The position numbers and the translations under genes are program-made. Source: Fistulifera solaris (Eukaryota). From it: DNA of 64,000 nt. Location: NCBI GenBank assembly GCA_030295235.1, contig AP026148.1:248001-312000 (forward strand), given 5' to 3'. Below the pieces are notes generated by a model, which had not been told where the DNA came from, ran no database searches, and was given only the letters and a program-made list of their open reading frames with translations. This document shows positions 61,828 to 64,000 of the stretch, piece after piece (position 1 is the first letter of the stretch; each line of letters starts with the position of its first letter).

Positions 61828-63311
61828 ATGGATTCTTCTTGGGTTGAAAAAATACCTGTCGAAGAGTTTGACGACGTCAAGAATCTCCTCATGACGCAGT
61901 TAAGCGCGACCCAGTGGAGCAGGAACATGGAGTTTTACCGAAAGACTCATTTGCCTCTCAATGCAACTCATCTGATGAGATTTATGTATAGCAAAGTCGT
62001 CTGGTGGGACGAGGAAGTCTTTCTGATGAAGAGGAAGCTTCCAGTGACAGTCAGGTCCAAGTTTCGAAAAGGGACTTCGAAGATTGACTTTGCGCGACGT
62101 GGTGAGGTGTTTATCTATGGTATGACAAAGCAAAGCGTAGCGCAAGCGATAGAGGAAGTGTTATATTTAATGGATGAATCAACCGATGTCGTCCATATCG
62201 GGAGATACAGCGATGGTGAAGCCCGTTCTGTGACCCCTACAACGTTTATCACTTCTCGCTTTCTTGCTGAATGTATGAAAGTAAATCCAAACAGACAACT
62301 TTACTTTTGTTGCGGGTGCAACCTTTCTGTTGAAGAATCGGTCGCAATTGCATCTCATTCGGAGCCTCTTAACGTGGGTCTGGATTGTTCGTTTGCCGAT
62401 CATGGACGTGCTTTTGTCGAAGCGCTAGCTAGACGAACGACGCACGTCGGTACAATTACGGTCTCCGGGCGTTTCTTTGACGATCGATACGCCATGTCTT
62501 CTTTCCTTGAGCCCGTTTGCGACGTTAGGAATGTACTTTTGAAAATTTCGGTAAAAACGAGTACATGGGATTTTGAAGTCTCTAAACGTCTTCTGCCGCT
62601 GTCTCTACCAACAATGCAGCTTGTGTACCACGTCTACCAACCGATAGAGATGGGTGATATTGAATCGCTCACTATTGTTCCTAAAGCTGTAACGTTGATA
62701 TTTCACAGGTCGTTACTAGCGAAATTTTACACAAAGTTTTTGCAGGCCAGCGGAAACTTAGTGGAGCTGGGACTCGTATACAATCCCTTTGGCACGCCAC
62801 CATCAAAGGGACAAGAAGCAGAACTTCTGCACGCAATTCAAACAAATCAGAATTTGCTCCGCCTCCAGCTCGGATATTTAAATGTTCTCGCCGATTTTTG
62901 GGAAGAGCTGCTTGCGGTGATCGGATCACATTCTAGTCTGAGGTCGGTACTTTGCTGGGTTCTTATTGACCAAAATTTGGTGGAGGAGGTAAATACTTTG
63001 ATTCCTTTTTACAAAAGCATCGTCATTTGCATATTTCATTCAAGAATGAGAATTCGTGGCAACTTGATAGCCAAAGAATCAATGCTATTCTAGAGCCAGT
63101 GCGGGTCCTTAATTGTGTCAATGATCTGACCCGCCAGTCCATCAATGATCGCCCGACAATATTTAGCACTGCTTTGACATGCTGGGCAAGTGGTAGCTCT
63201 TCGAGATTCTACTTACTGTTGAGCGAGAACGCCGATTTGCTTTGTTCTTTGTTGGGCGACCCGCCTTCTGGGGAAACCCAGCACCAAAGAAAGCGACAAA
63301 GACCGCTCTAA
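61828..63311 (+). CDS. Lineage-specific LRR/RNI-like family protein, frameshift near 63008; paralog of 2055-3513
   Basis: Same N-terminus MDSSWVEKIPVEEF; a T-run one base short; ends QHQRKRQRPL. Confidence 0.78.
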
Positions 63312-63870
63312 TTTTCCGTAGTGTTCAAAAATCATCCACACTATTTATAATAAAAGTAATTAGCTTTGTTGGAAAAATTAGCCAATTGGTTATACGTATA
63401 CTAGCTTGACGCTTCCTTATAGAGAACGCTTGCACCGATCGCTGCACGTAAAATACACAAAAGAGTTATTTTTGTCGTCATGTTATGCGTCGATAGAGGA
63501 CATCGGCCTCAAGGAACCTAGTCAACAGCGCATACTGCTTTGTGCCTTCTATTTCCAAACAGACCAACCCTATCAACATCTAAGTGGATTCATCAATTTC
63601 CCAACAACCCACAGGACCAATTGTTTCCCAAGATAGAATGAATTGATTTGCGAACGGCCACATGCAACTCACTCAAACATCAAATGTGCAGTTATGAAAC
63701 GAGCGACTTCCCCAGATTCGGTACTGTGTAATATGATCGCATTGTTCACAGTTAACAATGATCCATCGTCATCTCCAAAACTTCCGAAATGCCTTGTCCT
63801 ACTTTCTTTTTTGTACAAAATGACGATGAAGCTACGAGAAGCACGTCAACATCGAAATGACAACTATTTC

Positions 63871-64000
63871 TTACGCTTTCTTGTTGGCGAGTAAGCGTTT
63901 CGGAAAATCACTCGCATCAAGACCTTTCAAAGAGAATAGACGTGACGCTCGCTCATGCAATGTTCCACCACATTTCACTCCAATTGCCATCAAAGCACCT
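63871..64000 (-). CDS. SDE2: 3' end of SDE2-like protein (SAP-like C-terminal domain)
   Basis: Hand translation [42 protein letters not shown]. The KCGGTL.ERA.RLF motif at the extreme C-terminus favours SDE2 over SF3A3. Confidence 0.8.
   Translation of the reverse strand, partial: GALMAIGVKCGGTLHERASRLFSLKGLDASDFPKRLLANKKA

Overview
Gene-dense eukaryotic DNA from a pennate diatom. Evidence: short GT-AG introns, signal peptide + 'F' plastid-targeting leaders and lineage-specific gene families; Fistulifera-like is an inference. About 33 protein-coding genes or fragments are present, including DRG2, M1 aminopeptidase, MnmE, HERC-type E3, WNK kinase, CLC, prolyl 4-hydroxylase, C69 dipeptidase, TLDc, SDE2 and a cNMP-bestrophin fusion. 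About 16 genes are split by small indels, many in homopolymers, most likely assembly errors. The most notable element is a complete 394-bp miniature LTR retrotransposon (TRIM) at 39423-39816. It has identical 120-bp LTRs, a PBS, a PPT and a 6-bp TSD. Each LTR ends in a tRNA-like T-arm/acceptor end followed by TTTT, and that end, once CCA is added, is complementary to the element's own PBS, so the element may encode its own reverse-transcription primer. Also present: a 593-bp non-autonomous hAT element, an unassigned GC-rich structured island (candidate ncRNA), recurring 7-bp micro-duplications, mariner-like footprints, and a paralog pair with a probable gene-conversion tract.
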